From the human T2T-CHM13v2.0 reference genome, Homo sapiens, in assembly GCF_009914755.1 (NCBI RefSeq), contig NC_060925.1: a stretch of 64,000 nt of DNA; one strand, written 5' to 3'. The notes under the pieces are model-generated. The model was given only the letters and a program-made list of their open reading frames with translations, was not told where the DNA came from and did no database searches. The translations under genes were made by a program, and so were the position numbers. Of the stretch, positions 32,943 to 52,031 are shown piece after piece (position 1 is the stretch's first letter; every line of letters begins with the position of its first letter).

Positions 32943-33924
32943 ATAGTATTTCTTCCCCTGTCTGGCTCACTGGAAGAAATGACAATATCATAGCTGCTCC
33001 AGGTCTGTGAATGATGACAGTAAGGACTGGTGAAAATGAGTCAGGAGCCATTCATTGGAAAGATTGTGTAAGTGTATGTATTGTATTTTCACCACTAATA
33101 TAGTAACTTGGTTACAGTTGCTTGGTAACTATACACTGTTCTAAGTAATCCTTAAAAACTGGCTCTGGTGAATGCCCACAGAGATTTTTCCACCTCTTTT
33201 TGCAGCCTCTAGTTCTCACTACTGTAACAGGGCAACAAAAATCCCATAGTCCTTATGTCATACCTTTGCCCACACTCCTCCTTTGTGTTTGGCATCCACT
33301 CATAGCACTCTTTTGCCAAGTTCTGCAAGTTAGGAATTCGAACCCATGGCATGAAAACACTTCTAATAGCTCTTAAAATTACTATTTTTAGATATTTATG
33401 GGCAAAATTTCAACACTGCTGTCCCTTATTAAAGGAGAATAATTAAATAAATTTCATATTTTGAGTGGAAGACACCTGACCACACTGAACTTGGATGTTT
33501 TAGTTCCCTACTCTGAGAGGCGGGCTCAGTGGAATCCTAGGACATTAGGGCTGGAAGAAATAGGGAACTCCCTGCTCAGAACAGAGGGCTCCCCCAGGAC
33601 AAAACCCTGCTGTGTGTTTTCTGTGTGACTTTACGTAAATTAGTTAAGCTCCTCAAGACTCAGTTTTCTTATCTGTAAAGGCAGATAACACTAGTTCCTA
33701 ACTCATAGTGTTGTAGGTGTGGAGAATGAAATGAGAGGATGGGTGTACAACAACAAGAACATTGGGTACCCAAGGCAAGTGATTGGATGGAACAAGCAGT
33801 AAAGATCACGTGTGCTCCAAGGTCACCCAACTTTAAAGGTCTGAAGCAAATGTGCAGGGGGTGCCATCAGTGGCTAGAGTTTATGAATTAGGGGTCTCTA
33901 CATGCTTGGTCGTCCATGCAGTTC

Positions 33925-34219
33925 TTATTTATTTATTTTGAGACAGAGTCTCACTCTGTCGCCCAGGCTGGAGTGCAATGGCGCAGTCTCGGATCACTGC
34001 AACCTCCACCTCCTGGTTTCAAGTGATTCTCCCGCCTTAGCCTCCTGAGTAGCTGGGACTTCAGGTGCATGCCACCACACCCGGCTAATTTTTGTATTTT
34101 TAATAGAGATGGGGTTTCACTGTGTTGGCCAGGCTGGTCTCAAACTCCTAACTTCGTGATTCTCCCGCCTCGGCCTCCCAAAGTGCTGGGATTACAAGCG
34201 CAAGCCACTGCGCCCGGCC
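33925..34219 (-). mobile_element. Alu (S-type)
   Basis: Alu consensus; TSD CATGCAGTTCTT / CATGTAGTTCTT. Confidence 0.95.
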
Positions 34220-35384
34220 CATGTAGTTCTTTAAAAACATTTTAGTAATTTGCCTACCTTAAATTCAGGAGATTTCTTATAACAACCTGAATTTTTGGCT
34301 TCTCTTGAAACTGTGGGAAGGTCTAAAAATCCTCTGCCCTCTTTCCTATATGGCCACAATAGATAGGAACTGGGTAGGGATTACCTCCAAGGGCATTCTC
34401 TCTTTAAGTACTTGTGATCAGCAGCTCAAAGGCATTTGAACTGACTGGTGCCTGGCACACAGAACATCTTACCCAATAACTGCACATAGCAATGATAAGA
34501 GCCAGCAGGGGTCAAGTCCTTCTCATGTGGAGGAGATAGAAAAGCAAGAACCCAATACTGAGCATTACTAACCACATCATCTAAGAACTCCTGTAACTGA
34601 AGTAGAGCATCAGTAATCTTAGCCATTCACCGGAAACATTTAGGCCCATTCATCAGAAATGTTTCAAGCTAGTGAACAAGAATGTGTTTTCATGCCTGTC
34701 ATATCAGGGCATTCAGTTACATACTCAAAAGGAAGTCCTTGAATCAGGAAGATGGCTCTGGTCAAACAACGTTTCTATGGTTTGTCTTTTCCTTTTTCTA
34801 ATACATCTAGAAAAGTCTAATTTTAAAATACTCCAAGGATGCCTCGTTGATCTTATTTGGGGAAGGGAAGAATAGGAATGTTTGAAATTCTCAAAATAAT
34901 CTTAAAACATAATTAAGGTAAATATTTGATTTAACTAAACACTCTGTCATTTAGTAGGGAATGAGCAAAGTGGCAAGAACCAAGTAGCAATTTGGGGGAC
35001 TTCAGCCCCTTACTCCCACAAAGACACCCCACTCCCCAATAAATATTCATTCCAAGTAAAATAGTGGTTTTTTTGCCATTGCAAATGAGGGGCAAGACAA
35101 GTGCCCAAGTGCCACATCTCTTCCCAGACTATTACCCTACGTCCTTCCTTTTTAGAAATTTCCAAGGGACAATGAGGAGGTTGATGGCTGCCTATACCCC
35201 TCTCTCTGAAGGGAGTTGTGAATTAAATCAACAGGAATTAGGTCTCATTCCACAGAATCATTCATCCCTGCACTAGTGAATTTATTGCAAATAATGTGGC
35301 TTTATGGTTTGTTTTGCTGAAGTCCATCTGACTCCCTGTTTTGAACATGATACAGGTGCTTGGTTGGAACTGTGATCAGAATTT

Positions 35385-35532
35385 CTTTTTTATTTTTATT
35401 TTCTAAATTTTTATAGAGGTGGGGTTTTGCTATGTTGGCCAGGCTGGTCTTGAACTCCTGGTCTTATGTGATCCTCCCACCTCAGCCTCCCGAAGTGCTG
35501 AGATTACAGGCATGAACCACTGTGCCTGGCCC
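35385..35532 (-). mobile_element. FLAM / Alu left monomer
   Basis: Single monomer with tail; TSD CAGAATT. Confidence 0.85.
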
Positions 35533-35809
35533 AGAATTATTTTTAAAAGTAATCATGCTTGACTTAGCCCTGTTAAGCCTCCAAAATTCTGGTGAGGTCC
35601 CTTTGCTTGTAAATACTTAGAAAAACTGTACATGAGCAAAATAGAGAAGAATTAGATAAACATGGCTTTGTATATAGCAGTGTCCCAGTAAGTAAGCAAA
35701 CTGATATTCCCTACATACCCTATTTCAGAGGGCAGGCTGAGGGGCGCTCAGGCAGAAATACAGTAAGTTCAACTGAATGGCAAGTTCTTTAATCCAAGAT
35801 TGAAGTGTG

Positions 35810-36010
35810 TGGCAAAACATGCCAGGAACTCTTACAAGCAGTTGGCATGAATTAACTTCTTTGATCCTCACAGCAGCCCTAAAAGTAGGAAATATTTTTC
35901 TGTCCCTGTTACAAGTAAGGAAACCAAAGGACAGAGAGGGAAAGTAACTGCCCAGTCACACAGCTAGTAAATGGCAGAGGTGGGGCATAGATCCAGGCAG
36001 CCTGAAGGTT
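35810..36010 (-). mobile_element. MIR
   Basis: ATCCTCACAGCAGCCCT..AGTAGG..AAGGAAACCAAAGG..AAGTAACTGCCCAGTCACACAGCTAGTAAATGGCAGAG. Confidence 0.75.
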
Positions 36011-38973
36011 GTACTCTGATGATAAGATGAATTTCTGGCAAGCACGTTTTGCTGACCTCTCCAAGGCAGACCTAATGTGGTGACAAAACCTATCACACTT
36101 GCTTACTGTGGCACGATGCTTTTGCGTTGTGACACAGCATAGCTACAGTGCTTACAGCACAATGCTGTGAGCCCAGAGGAGCTTCATGTCACCTTTAATG
36201 ACCCAAATTAGACCTAAGAAAATTGTTAGCCAACAATGACAGCATCCTTACATCACGTCAGCGCTTTAAAAAGTGGTGAAATTTAATACTCAGTTTGCTT
36301 TTGAAATCAGGTTCACCCAACCTCCACTCTTAGCTGTGCATTAGATAAATGTAGAAATTGCCTCCTTTTTCATCTTGAGTCTCAAACAACAGCTCTGGAC
36401 TCACAGCTAATAGACTTCCTGAGTCCAACCAATTCAAGCAGCCAATGAGGCATCCTGGCAAATGAGGACATTTCTCCAGGGGATGAGGCTGTCCTTGGTG
36501 CCCTTGCTCCCCTCTGCCAGCAGGATAGGTTCTGTGAGTTATGCTTCTGGTCACGTTGGTGGGTTTGTGCTGACCTGTCCCCAGTAGACTCTTTTGTGAT
36601 GAGGGGTGGGACTAATGAGACGCCTGGCCAAAGTGGCAGAATCTGTGACTGTGAAAGATGGTAACACTGCCAGGTATAAGGAAGGACTTAAGTTGATGGG
36701 CACCAAACAGAGAACTTTCTCTATGCCTGTGACTGGAACATGTCCATCTTGGTAGCCAGGTCTCCACTACACAATTCAGTTTTTGCTCCCTTAGCAGTTA
36801 ACTGTCAAATTAGAAATCCATCCTGTTTTAGTCTTTAAAGCCTTGATATAATTTAACTATAGTCAGCAGAAACAAACAAATGAACAAAATCCATCAATAA
36901 CTTGTGAGGCTCTTCCTTTCCTATAACCCGAGGTCATCAGACATAATGGTTAAGGGTGTGGGTCCCTGGAAGAAGACTGCATGGCTTGAATCCTGGCCCT
37001 GTTACTCACCAGACACATAACATTAAGCTCTGGGTATCTCAGTTTCTTCATCTTTAAAATAGGAATAATGATAATTGAAGACTAAGAGTGCCTCATAGTA
37101 AGACCTTAATAATTACCACTATCTCTGTTTCCAGTCATCCTCAGGTAGTTCAGTGTAATCTGGTAGAGACATATCCTAGCTGTGAAGAAGTAATTATGTT
37201 ATTTTGGCTCTCCCCTTTTTCTCTTTACTTCTTGCACTGCTATGTGACAGCTCTCGGGTGCCAAACAGCCTCTTCCTGTGATTAAAGTTTCCAATTTATA
37301 ACAAACAGAAACAAACAAACAAAAAAGCGGTAGTACTTACTCTAGCCACACCCTACGTGAGGGCAGATGCTGGGCTGTTGCCATGGTGATGCAGAGTATT
37401 TTGTAAAACACTTGGCCCGGGGGCAGTTAATGAGTCATACTCAGGGATGGGTGGGGAAAGGGCAACTGCTTTCAATTAAAAGGGACAGGCCAATAATAGT
37501 TGAATTGGGAGACTGCCTTGGTTCCTGCAGTACATCAGAGACACCTTGGGGCTGAGGGTTTTGTTATACACTTGGTCCATTTGTTGTGTGGACATTTTCT
37601 ATTTCCTTCCTCTGGGTAGAGGGAGCGATACAGTAGATTCCCTTTTGCTCTTCCGCTTATATAAAAAACTTCCAACTAAGTTCTGATAAAATCAGTTCTG
37701 TTTTCCTGTGAAGCGTTGACACAACTAAAGCTAGTGAAAGGATTTTTGTGACTTTCTTCCATCCCGTGTCTTTGCACATATTCATTGTCCATAAGTAAGG
37801 CATCTGAAACATATTATTCAGCATTATCCTAAACTTTTCAGCAGGAAGTGTTTGAACAACTATAGGCAACGTAATTTCAGGATGGAGGATCTATACCTTA
37901 CATGACTCCTCTGAAATTTCGTGCTGGTTGAAGTCAGTAAACCTGCCTCAAGCATGCTGAGAAGTGGTTACATGTTGCCTCCTGAGGTGTGTCATACACC
38001 TCAAGTGGTTAGTTATGATTAATATTGCTCAATTCTCATTGACTACTCATAGCATATTGGGCAGGAGCAGAGTGTGGACATACCCTCTAGGAAATGACAT
38101 GCTAATAAATGTCAACCACTCAATCACTTAACTAGGTCTTACTGAGCTGTTGCCATGAGAAAGGCACAATGCTAGGATATAATCAGGAGTTTAAACATAG
38201 TAAAACACAGCTCTTTCCTACTGAGAGCTTATAATCTTAGGTGAGAAGGAAGAGAAAAAAACATAGGAAAAAATAACTTGCAATAATATGATGCACATGG
38301 TAATATTAAATGAATAGTACCAGAAATGGGTGATACATGTGTAGAGGAGGGAGAAATTACCATGGGCTGTGGTGGTCAAGGAAGGTGGGATTTGACATGA
38401 GTTTTGAAGTATGGGTAGAGAAGAGGGTGAGGGCATTCAGGAAAGGGGAAAAGATCAACAGCACAAAGATTGGGCCTCATCCCTGGAACTTGGTCCATGT
38501 AAGGATGTGAGGACCGGCCAAGGGAGGGCCAGAAACTGGGGACAAGACAAGTCATTTAAGTGGGGTGCTATTAGCATATCATGGAGGGTCATTAGTACAG
38601 AGGGTAGTACTTGTGGAGCCAAACAAAACCAGAAGAACTATGTGGAATCCAAAGGAGGCTATTCAAAAACTTGCAAGTTATGGGCCTGCCAAGGAAGGAA
38701 AAAGTGAAAAGAATAGAGATTTCAGTCAACCCAAGTCATACAATCAAGTGCAGAAATTAACAACATAATTTTATAAGGTGTGAAGGATCTGATGAATTGG
38801 CATGGTGACATTATAGTGACTCAAGAGCCAAATGAAAGCTGTGATTAATCAGAAAAATATGTATACTCAATCTTCAACGTCAGTTTTATAATATTTAAGG
38901 GCATTTGATTATTATGAAAGGCAACCTTTAAAAGTGATTGTTGAGTTTTGCTTGATTAAAAACTAGGATATGA

Positions 38974-39322
<349 letters not shown>

Positions 39323-39674
39323 AAACCTGGGTTTCGGAAATTTAATTTTAATAAGGCAAATATTAATTTTAAAAATCAAAATTTTGCAAATAATTTTTTC
39401 TATGTGCAATTGCTGCCTTCAAGGACACCAACAGCCCCACATCACTCTGGGGCCAGTTTTAGAAGCAGACCTTCAGGGGAGCAAGTCGGGTGGGGGAGGG
39501 GAGGTGGGCTGCAATGGGAAAGGCAGAGATTGCTGCAGGTGAGCACAGTACGGAGGGTGTCCATGGAGGCCAAAGGTGATTCAGGCCAGCAGGGGCGGTA
39601 GTGGGAGACTAGATATAGGGTCTGTCAGTCCTTGGGAGTGGGGCTTGGGGAGGGACTTTAGTCCCTCAAGGTAT

Positions 39675-42530
<2,856 letters not shown>

Positions 42531-42534
42531 TAAA

Positions 42535-42552
42535 TGGTGCCAGAAGCAAGAC
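42535..42552 (+). other. Primer-binding site, tRNA-Leu-like
   Basis: TGGTGCCAGAAGCAAGAC 4 nt after the LTR; 13/18 match to TGGTGTCAGAAGTGGGAT, with all mismatches being transitions. Confidence 0.55.
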
Positions 42553-44787
42553 CAAAGCGAGCTCACCTCAGATGGATCCACAGATACTGGAATTGAGTGC
42601 AGTTCCAACTGAGGTGTTGGTGCTCTTTGCTTGTGTGAGTCACCTGTTCTGCCCTGCTGAATTTTATTTTGGATTCTCAGACTCCCACCCTTTGATGGGT
42701 TCTTTTTGTTTGTTTGTTTTTTGTTTTTGAGATGGAGTCTTGCTCTGTCCGCCAGGCTGGAGTGCAGTTGCCCTCACTGTGACCTCCAACCCCCTGGTTC
42801 AAGCGATTCTCCTGCCTCAGCCTCCCGAGTAGCTGGGATTACAGGCACGTGCCACCACGCCCAGCTAATTTTTGTATTTTTAGTAGAGATGGGGTTTCAC
42901 CATGTTGGCCAGGATGATCTTGATCTCCTGACCTCGTGATCCACCTGCCTCAGCCTCCCAAAGTGCTGAGATTACAGGCACGAGCCAGCACGCCTGGCTG
43001 GGTGGGTTCTTTTGACTTTATTCAGGATCTGTTTGGTTATAAGGCTGCTTTAAGTAAAGGACCTTGCATCCGTCTTAGGACTATAGAAGACTTTGCTGTC
43101 AAGCCATGTCCTTTGGAATGTATTATGGTTTCACCAGAATTACATTCTATCTGTGAGATGTGTCTTTTCTTGTGAATTCATTTTTTGTTCTTTTATTTCA
43201 ATTTTGGTTCAATATTTTGTTTGGTTTGCATGCCTGGCTTAAAGTGTTTGTGAGAACTTTTATTTTGGTTTCATCTGGTTTTGTTATATGTATCTGTAAA
43301 TGATTTGGCTTTTAAATTCCCACTCCACCCTCCAAAGCCCGTACCTCCTATTTCTGAAAATCTTTCAAGAGCAAAAAATAAATATTCTAAATGGTGGAAA
43401 CAAGATGGAATGAAAAGCCACTATGGTGGTCACCACCATCAAAGCACCAGTCCAAATTCCTGGTATTTTCTGACAGGATTTATAAGATTTTCTTTGCTCT
43501 GGAGAGATTAATAAGAAATGGAACAGGATCTTCAAAATTCAAAAGCATATCAAACCCTTTAGTACTCCAGCTGGCTATACATTCAAAACTTATGGCTTAT
43601 TTTCGAGCATATTTTTTTTTTTTTGAGATGGTGTCTTGCTCTGTCGCCCAGGCTGGAGTGCAGTGGCATGATCTCAGCTTACTGCAACCTCTGCCTCCTG
43701 GGTTCAAGTGATTCTTCTGACTCAGCCTCCTGAGTAGTGGGGACTACAGGCGTGCACCACCACACCGGGCTAATTTTTGTAATTTTAGTAGAGACGGGGG
43801 CTTCATGATATTGTCCAGGCTGGTCTCAAACTCCTGACCTCGTGATCTGCCTGCCTCAGCCTCCCAAAGTGCTGGGATTATAGGCGTGAGCCACCACGCC
43901 TGGCTGAGCACATTTTTTAAACTGATGGAAAATTACATCAAGAAAAATTCAGAGCTCAAGGGACATTATTTGAACTCTGTAAGCTTAGTTTTTAAACTGC
44001 CAGCAACTATAGAGCTAACATGTAGGGCCTTTAAATTCTCTATTTTTTTCTGCCTACTTTGAATCTGCTGACTTTTCTACCGGTATTAAGACAAATTCTC
44101 TGCTTTTGACATTCCAGCCAACATAAAAAAAGAAATCTTAAAAGACTTTTAAATTAATGACTTTACAAATTACAATAGCTCTGTGGAAATAAATAACCTA
44201 GACATCTAAGAGTCAAACCTTTTGAAAATGTAAATTTGGCTAATAATAGCTTAGAGTGATGAAACAGTTAATTGAAGGATTGCTATTCTGAAAGAAATAA
44301 ACTAAATAAATTTATAAAAGTTAGGCTCATAGGTCGAACAGGTAAAAATCTTGAGCAATAATATAAGGTAACTCTGTCTGGCATAAAAAAAAATTAATCT
44401 GCCATGCAAGGGTCAGAAATAGCTAGGAAAAAACCTACAAATAACTTTTTCTAAAATGCTTTCACAACTGCATTGACTAGTCAAGCAAACCAGACTGACA
44501 AACAAAAGATAGATTGTTACTAATTCAAGGCTGCTTGGAAATTTTGGTTTCTTATACTCTTCAGCCAGTTCTAGCTAAAATGTAAACATTTAAAAATTTA
44601 ACCCCCTAAACTCATTTGAGACAAAAAAGGGGGTAAAAGAGATTTAAAAAATCCAAACTACTTTTCCCAATATTTTGGTCCACAGCCTTTGTTAGATTAC
44701 CTATCAGAGAAAATAAAATTTAGCCATGTGAACAGGTCCCATTTTGTCAGAAATATAATTTGAATACAACTGTCTTTTATAAATGGG

Positions 44788-45407
44788 TGTTCTGTGTGGG
44801 AAATGCATGAAGGGAGAAGAAAGATCACACACACAATATCTTTAAGGGTAAACAACCTTTATCCCACGTAAATGGCAGCGCAGATAAAATAAGCAAATGA
44901 TATAATAAGCAAATTGCAATGGGAAGGGGAGAAGGAAAAAGATATATATATATATCTTTACACTCACCAGACTGTGGAGGATTCACCACCAGACTGGGAA
45001 ACAACAGCCTGGGCTCCAGAGTTGGACACTCACCACCAGACTGGGAAGTAACAGCCTGGGCTCCAGAGTCCACCACTCATCCGTGCACAGATGAGGAGCG
45101 GCCTCATGAAGCTTCGGTGCGGTCTGGGACCCTATCTCTTTTTGTAACGAGTTGTTTGGCATGAGGTCCAGTCAGGAGGGCCCTTCGCAACTGGGCTCAA
45201 GGAACACAAAAAGGTCAACCTGTTTTTGTGATTGTCTGTTGTTTTTCAATAACTAATGTACAGGAATAGATTGAAATAGAGATTTTTCTGAAACAGCGCT
45301 GGATGAATGCCTCAAGGGGCTCAAACAACCTGTTCCAGGACTTGGTGACTATTGTTTGTGTTCATGTTTAATTGAGTTCAAATTTAATATTTAACTTTTC
45401 CTCCACA
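44788..45407 (-). mobile_element. Solo LTR18-like (ERVL class) LTR
   Basis: Minus strand TGTGGAGGAAAAGTTAAATATTAAATTTGAAC...CAGAACA; perfect 5-bp TSD ATGGG (44783-44787 / 45408-45412). Confidence 0.82.
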
Positions 45408-46252
45408 ATGGGTGAGTTTGTATTACTATGTTTTACTGTCTCATGAATAAAATCCTAAAATAAAAGCCACAAAATCTTTGTGTTTAGGTGTGCCTACACA
45501 TATGTACATTTATTATTTTCTGTGTTGTATCTATATGGTAAAACCTGATGTAGTCAGTAGAATTCCCTTAAGAAATTCTATTCAGATTGGCTAGATAAGT
45601 GAATGCTCATATAAATTGTTAAAATATATAGTAACTAACCCAAATGCATTTTAGTTCATGTGACTTAAATAAATCTTTGATAAATATGCTAGTTTTAATT
45701 CTGTTGATAAAATAAAAATAGAAATGTCTTCAGAATTGTCAGCATATATTTTTGACTGAGTTTACCGATTAGACAGTTTTATATTTGTCTCTGCTAAATG
45801 TTTTAAGGGGTCAGGATTTGACACAAAGTTTATAAAACTGTATATCTAGTCTAAAAATAAAATGATCTTTGTGTAACTTTAATAAGTAAGACAAATTTAA
45901 TAATGTTAATTTAATAAAACAGCTATTATCAGCAAAATTTTTGTTATCTTGTTCTCAGCAAAATACCCATATGTTTATCTGTAAGATTCTTACTTAGGTG
46001 AATACCTGAAATTCACATACTGTAAGAATAGTTAATGACAACAACAAAAGCTTGAAATGATGACTAGCTTTGTCTAATAGCTCAGTTTTCATAAGTAATC
46101 TAGGTATAATTGTTAACAATAAATTAGGTAAACATAATGGGATAAATATTTTTAAATAAATTTTTCATGTAATTTAAAATCTGAAAGTTATGTTACATTA
46201 AATTAAGTAATACATACTCATTAAATGTCTGGGTCATTTCCAGATAAGATAA

Positions 46253-46602
<350 letters not shown>

Positions 46603-46947
46603 TAAATTTAATAAAAAGACTAGACTAAATATATTTGGGCTTATTAATATATAGAAAAACATGTTTCTAAAAATTATTAAATGGTTCTCGTCTATAAAAT
46701 GTATGTGACAGTTCAAAATGTCTTGCTTCCTAGGTTTTTGCTAGACATTAATGTTATTAAGAGTTGATAATTCTGGCCAGATGCTGTGGCCCATGCCTGT
46801 ACCTGCACTTTGGGAGCCTGATGCGAGAGGATTACTTGCACCTAGGAGTTCAAGACCAGGCTGGGCAACATAGGGAGATCCTGTCTGTATAAATAATTAA
46901 AAAATTAGCCAGGTGTGGTGCCACATGCTGGTGGTCTCAGTTACTCA

Positions 46948-47091
<144 letters not shown>

Positions 47092-47563
47092 TCAAATACA
47101 TATATATATATATGTTAACAATTTTTTTATTAAAAAATACTTAGAAGTATAAAAATGTGTTGTTTATTAAAAAGTAATTTTGTCTAAATTCAGACCTTAT
47201 TTAAGAGTGTTTCAAAAAGTAAGTTTAAAAAAGAAACAAAAACAAGATAAAAAGAAGCCAGTAAGTATGAGAGACAGAGATGTGAAAAAAAGTTATAAGT
47301 ATGAAGATGTATTTTTGGTGAAGAAGGTTAAAAATAAAAGAGAATAATTTTGTATGAGAAAGAATCAAGTGTGGTAAAATTTTGTCCTAAAGTAAAATGA
47401 TTGGTTATTTAAAAAAGAGGAAGTATAGGACAAAACTAATGGTCTTAGTATGTTGTGGAAGGTCTGAGTAAGTCGTGGAAGTAAAGGATGAATTTATGAA
47501 AGAAATTTTGTATGTGATAAAGATGGCTATAATTAAAAGGTAATTATTTATAAGTCTTTCTAA

Positions 47564-47842
<279 letters not shown>

Positions 47843-49290
47843 TAAAGTGCTGAGATTACAGGTGTGAACCACTGCACCCAGCCTGATTTTAAAAATACAT
47901 ATAAATACACTGATACAAAACTAAAATTTGGTCCCCTATGTTAAAACATCAAGGTTTTCTTGAAGTATTAATCTGCTCTTAGTAATATTTGCAAGAGGTT
48001 TTAATTTAATTCTGAAATCTGTTTTTTTAAAAAAATTTTCAGCCATCGTCTGAACTTTACAGCAATATTTTCTTTAATAGAACTTGATTCTGTACTCTTG
48101 GCTTTTCTCTTGTGTCTGAATTATTCCTTGTGACCAGGTAATTTTCCATGCTTTTACTAAGAATCATGTATTCCCACACTCAATGTACTAGTATTCTTGT
48201 TTGCATTCATCTGTAATATGGTGCTCACTCATAACCTTGGACACACACTCTTCCTATGTCTGATTAAATTAAAACACCTTTTCATCAGGCTTGACTTCCA
48301 GGTTATCTAAATGAGCTTCCCAGAAGGAGAAGCAATCACATTGTAGGAGGTTTTTCTTTACCTTTTTGGTAACTGGCCCAAGAAACAAAGATTTTGTGTT
48401 TTATCAAGATAATTCCCTCTGTTTCATGTTGCTTTTATTATTACTTTTTATTACTTAGGAGAACTGTGGTTAGAAAGAGTTTTTTCGGCATCCATGTAAA
48501 TTTATGTATTGCTTTTGAAGTCCTTTGATTATCACTCTGGTTAAATAAATGACTAATATTTTGTAGTAATCTGTGATCCTGTTTTGATAAGGTATTTTAA
48601 ACCTTTTGGCATCTTTGGCAGGCTTCCCCAGGATCAAGTTCTAAATTAAGTCTTTCTTGATCTCAAACTAATGTTGGGATGTTTCAGAGGGCCCTGGAAC
48701 ATCTCAAAAGTTTATAAAAGAGAAGTATTAAACGAAATCAGGCTTATTTGAGATGTTGAATTATGTGGAAAACATTGTCAAATAATAAGTGATGCTAGAT
48801 TCTTCTTTCAGTTACACTTATGGGTATGTTATTGATATGAATGTTCAAAAATTGTATAAAATTCTTAAACATTTAATATGTCCTCAGTCATAATTCTGGT
48901 TATTATGTATGTATGTCACAAAAATAACTAAGTTTCCTTGTCAATTATGAACTCTCATCGAAATTTTAATCATGGCTAATCTAAGGATTTTGTCATCTGT
49001 AATCATTGCTTTAATTTTTTTCTAAAAACATCTATGATCAGATTAATGGAAAAAACTCTAACAATTATTCTTTAATACAGGTTTCGAATAACTTTAAGAT
49101 CTTACCAATGGACTAAGTAAAAATTTCCAAAACTCAAATGAAAAAACTGATGAATTTGAAACTGCTAAACAAGATCAAACAAAATGAAAATTAAGTACAT
49201 GAGATTAAATAACTGGTAAAGACGTTTTTATATATTTTATTTGAAACATTGTTGGTTCTTTACTTAAATTTTTAAAAAATGTATTATTGA

Positions 49291-49512
<222 letters not shown>

Positions 49513-51082
49513 TAAAGGTGCCCACCACTACACCCAGCTAATTTTTTGTATTTTTAGTAGAGACGGGGTTTCACCGTGTTGGCCAGGCTGGTCTCGAACG
49601 CCTGACCTCAGGTGATCTACCTGCCTCGGCCTCCCAAAGTGCTGGGATTACAGGTGTGTGCCACCGTGCCTGGCCAAGGTATACTTTTATAAACAAAATT
49701 AAAAGCATTTATTTTTCTTTCTACTTGATCCTTCCACAATTCAGAAATTATTCATGAACATTCTTATTTTTTTAAGGCAATATGGTTCTTTGCATAAGTT
49801 CAATAAGTTTGCTCTCTTTTTATAACAGGATACAATTGGAAACATTGGTTATATTACCAAGGCTTTCACTGGAATATCATATTTGAGAATACACATAAAA
49901 TGCCTGACTTCAAGAGTTCCCAGCCTTACACTGAGTGAATAAAAATTGTCACTTCCTGGCAGGCCCAGGAACCTTAAGACAGTAGGCAAAATCTAAAGTC
50001 TGCCTTGGTTTGGCTTTCTAACCTTGAGAGGTTTTAAATCTGAGATTTCTATGTGATCAGTCATTATTCATGCTACACTTATGTAAATGATCAAACAAAA
50101 ATTTGATAAAACTAAACTTTTTTATAAACAAATTTGTCTTACTCTGATTACCTTTGTAGCAAGCAGGATAACTATGGAGAGAAAAGTTTATGTTTTCTAA
50201 AAAATGTTTTAATATACTTGTTATTATATTGTAGCCCTATATATTGTATTTTAGTTTTCATTATTTACCTGTAGGCTGGACTGGATACTAAATTCTTCTA
50301 GGTTCTTCCATCCAACCTTCTTCCAGTGAATTACTAAAAATGGAACTGTTATTCTCCTGAAGCTCTATAAGCTGAAACTAGATACATTTTAAGGGACAAG
50401 TCTCATGCCTGATATATGAACCACACAGAAAATCCCCCAAACTGTCTGATGCCATAACCAGAGACATTCAAACTGCAAAGCAGGATAAGAAGTTGACAGG
50501 TTCCCACTGTAGACAGCTTTCTCCAAGACATTGGAACCAGAATCCATATCATAATGATACTCTTATCCCTCTTAATGCCCTCTTAATCCCTCTTTCTCAC
50601 TTGACAGGATGATGGCGTAATTGAAATTTCACAAGCAGTGGCTTCTGCTGGTAACTTGACAAAACCCGACCAAAGGGGTTCTTTAGTCTACCTAGTAGGT
50701 AACTTTGGCAACATCTCTAATACAACTGTTGCTCACTCTCTGCTTTAGCTCAACCCAGTCATGGGATACTAGATAATAAGATTGTTTTACATTTTCTATT
50801 GGTTAAATAATGAAATGTCTTGTACTATTACTAATACTACATGCTATATCTGGATAAATTCCTCTGAGAAAGTTTAGAACCATATACACAAAATAAGAAA
50901 ATAGACCACCTGGTTACAACAGGGCTTACCTAACTCTCCACGGCCATTTGATTCATTCAATTGGTTGCCTGTAAGTCTAGGTTCATGGCTCAAAACTATT
51001 ATTCAAAGTGAGATGATCATATTACTGTTAATTTAACTTTGTATTTTTATTTTTAAAGTTTGTGCCCACTAAAGTTTGTTAA

Positions 51083-51759
<677 letters not shown>

Positions 51760-52031
51760 TAAGGTTATAACCAACACCTATGGAACAGACAAAATTAAAC
51801 TTAGCAATGGACTCCAGGTAGACTTAGCCTGAGAGCTACTCCCTCCAAGCCTCCTTTATTGCTCAAATATGTCTAAAAGGGTTTTGACACTGATTCCCAG
51901 TTGCCAATCACTCCCTCCCACATAGGACCAGACCAATAACTTGAGACACACTGAGGGGACAATCAAAACCTAACTACAGGATAACTGATCAGCAATGCTT
52001 TTGGAGAAGGATCTTGATTAAAAAGGGGAAA

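Noticed and set aside
38411-38950. Protein-like ORFs (98 aa and 67 aa) in unique-looking sequence
   Set aside because: No recognisable homology, splice structure, poly(A) tail or TSD. It could be a decayed transposon but I cannot support a call.
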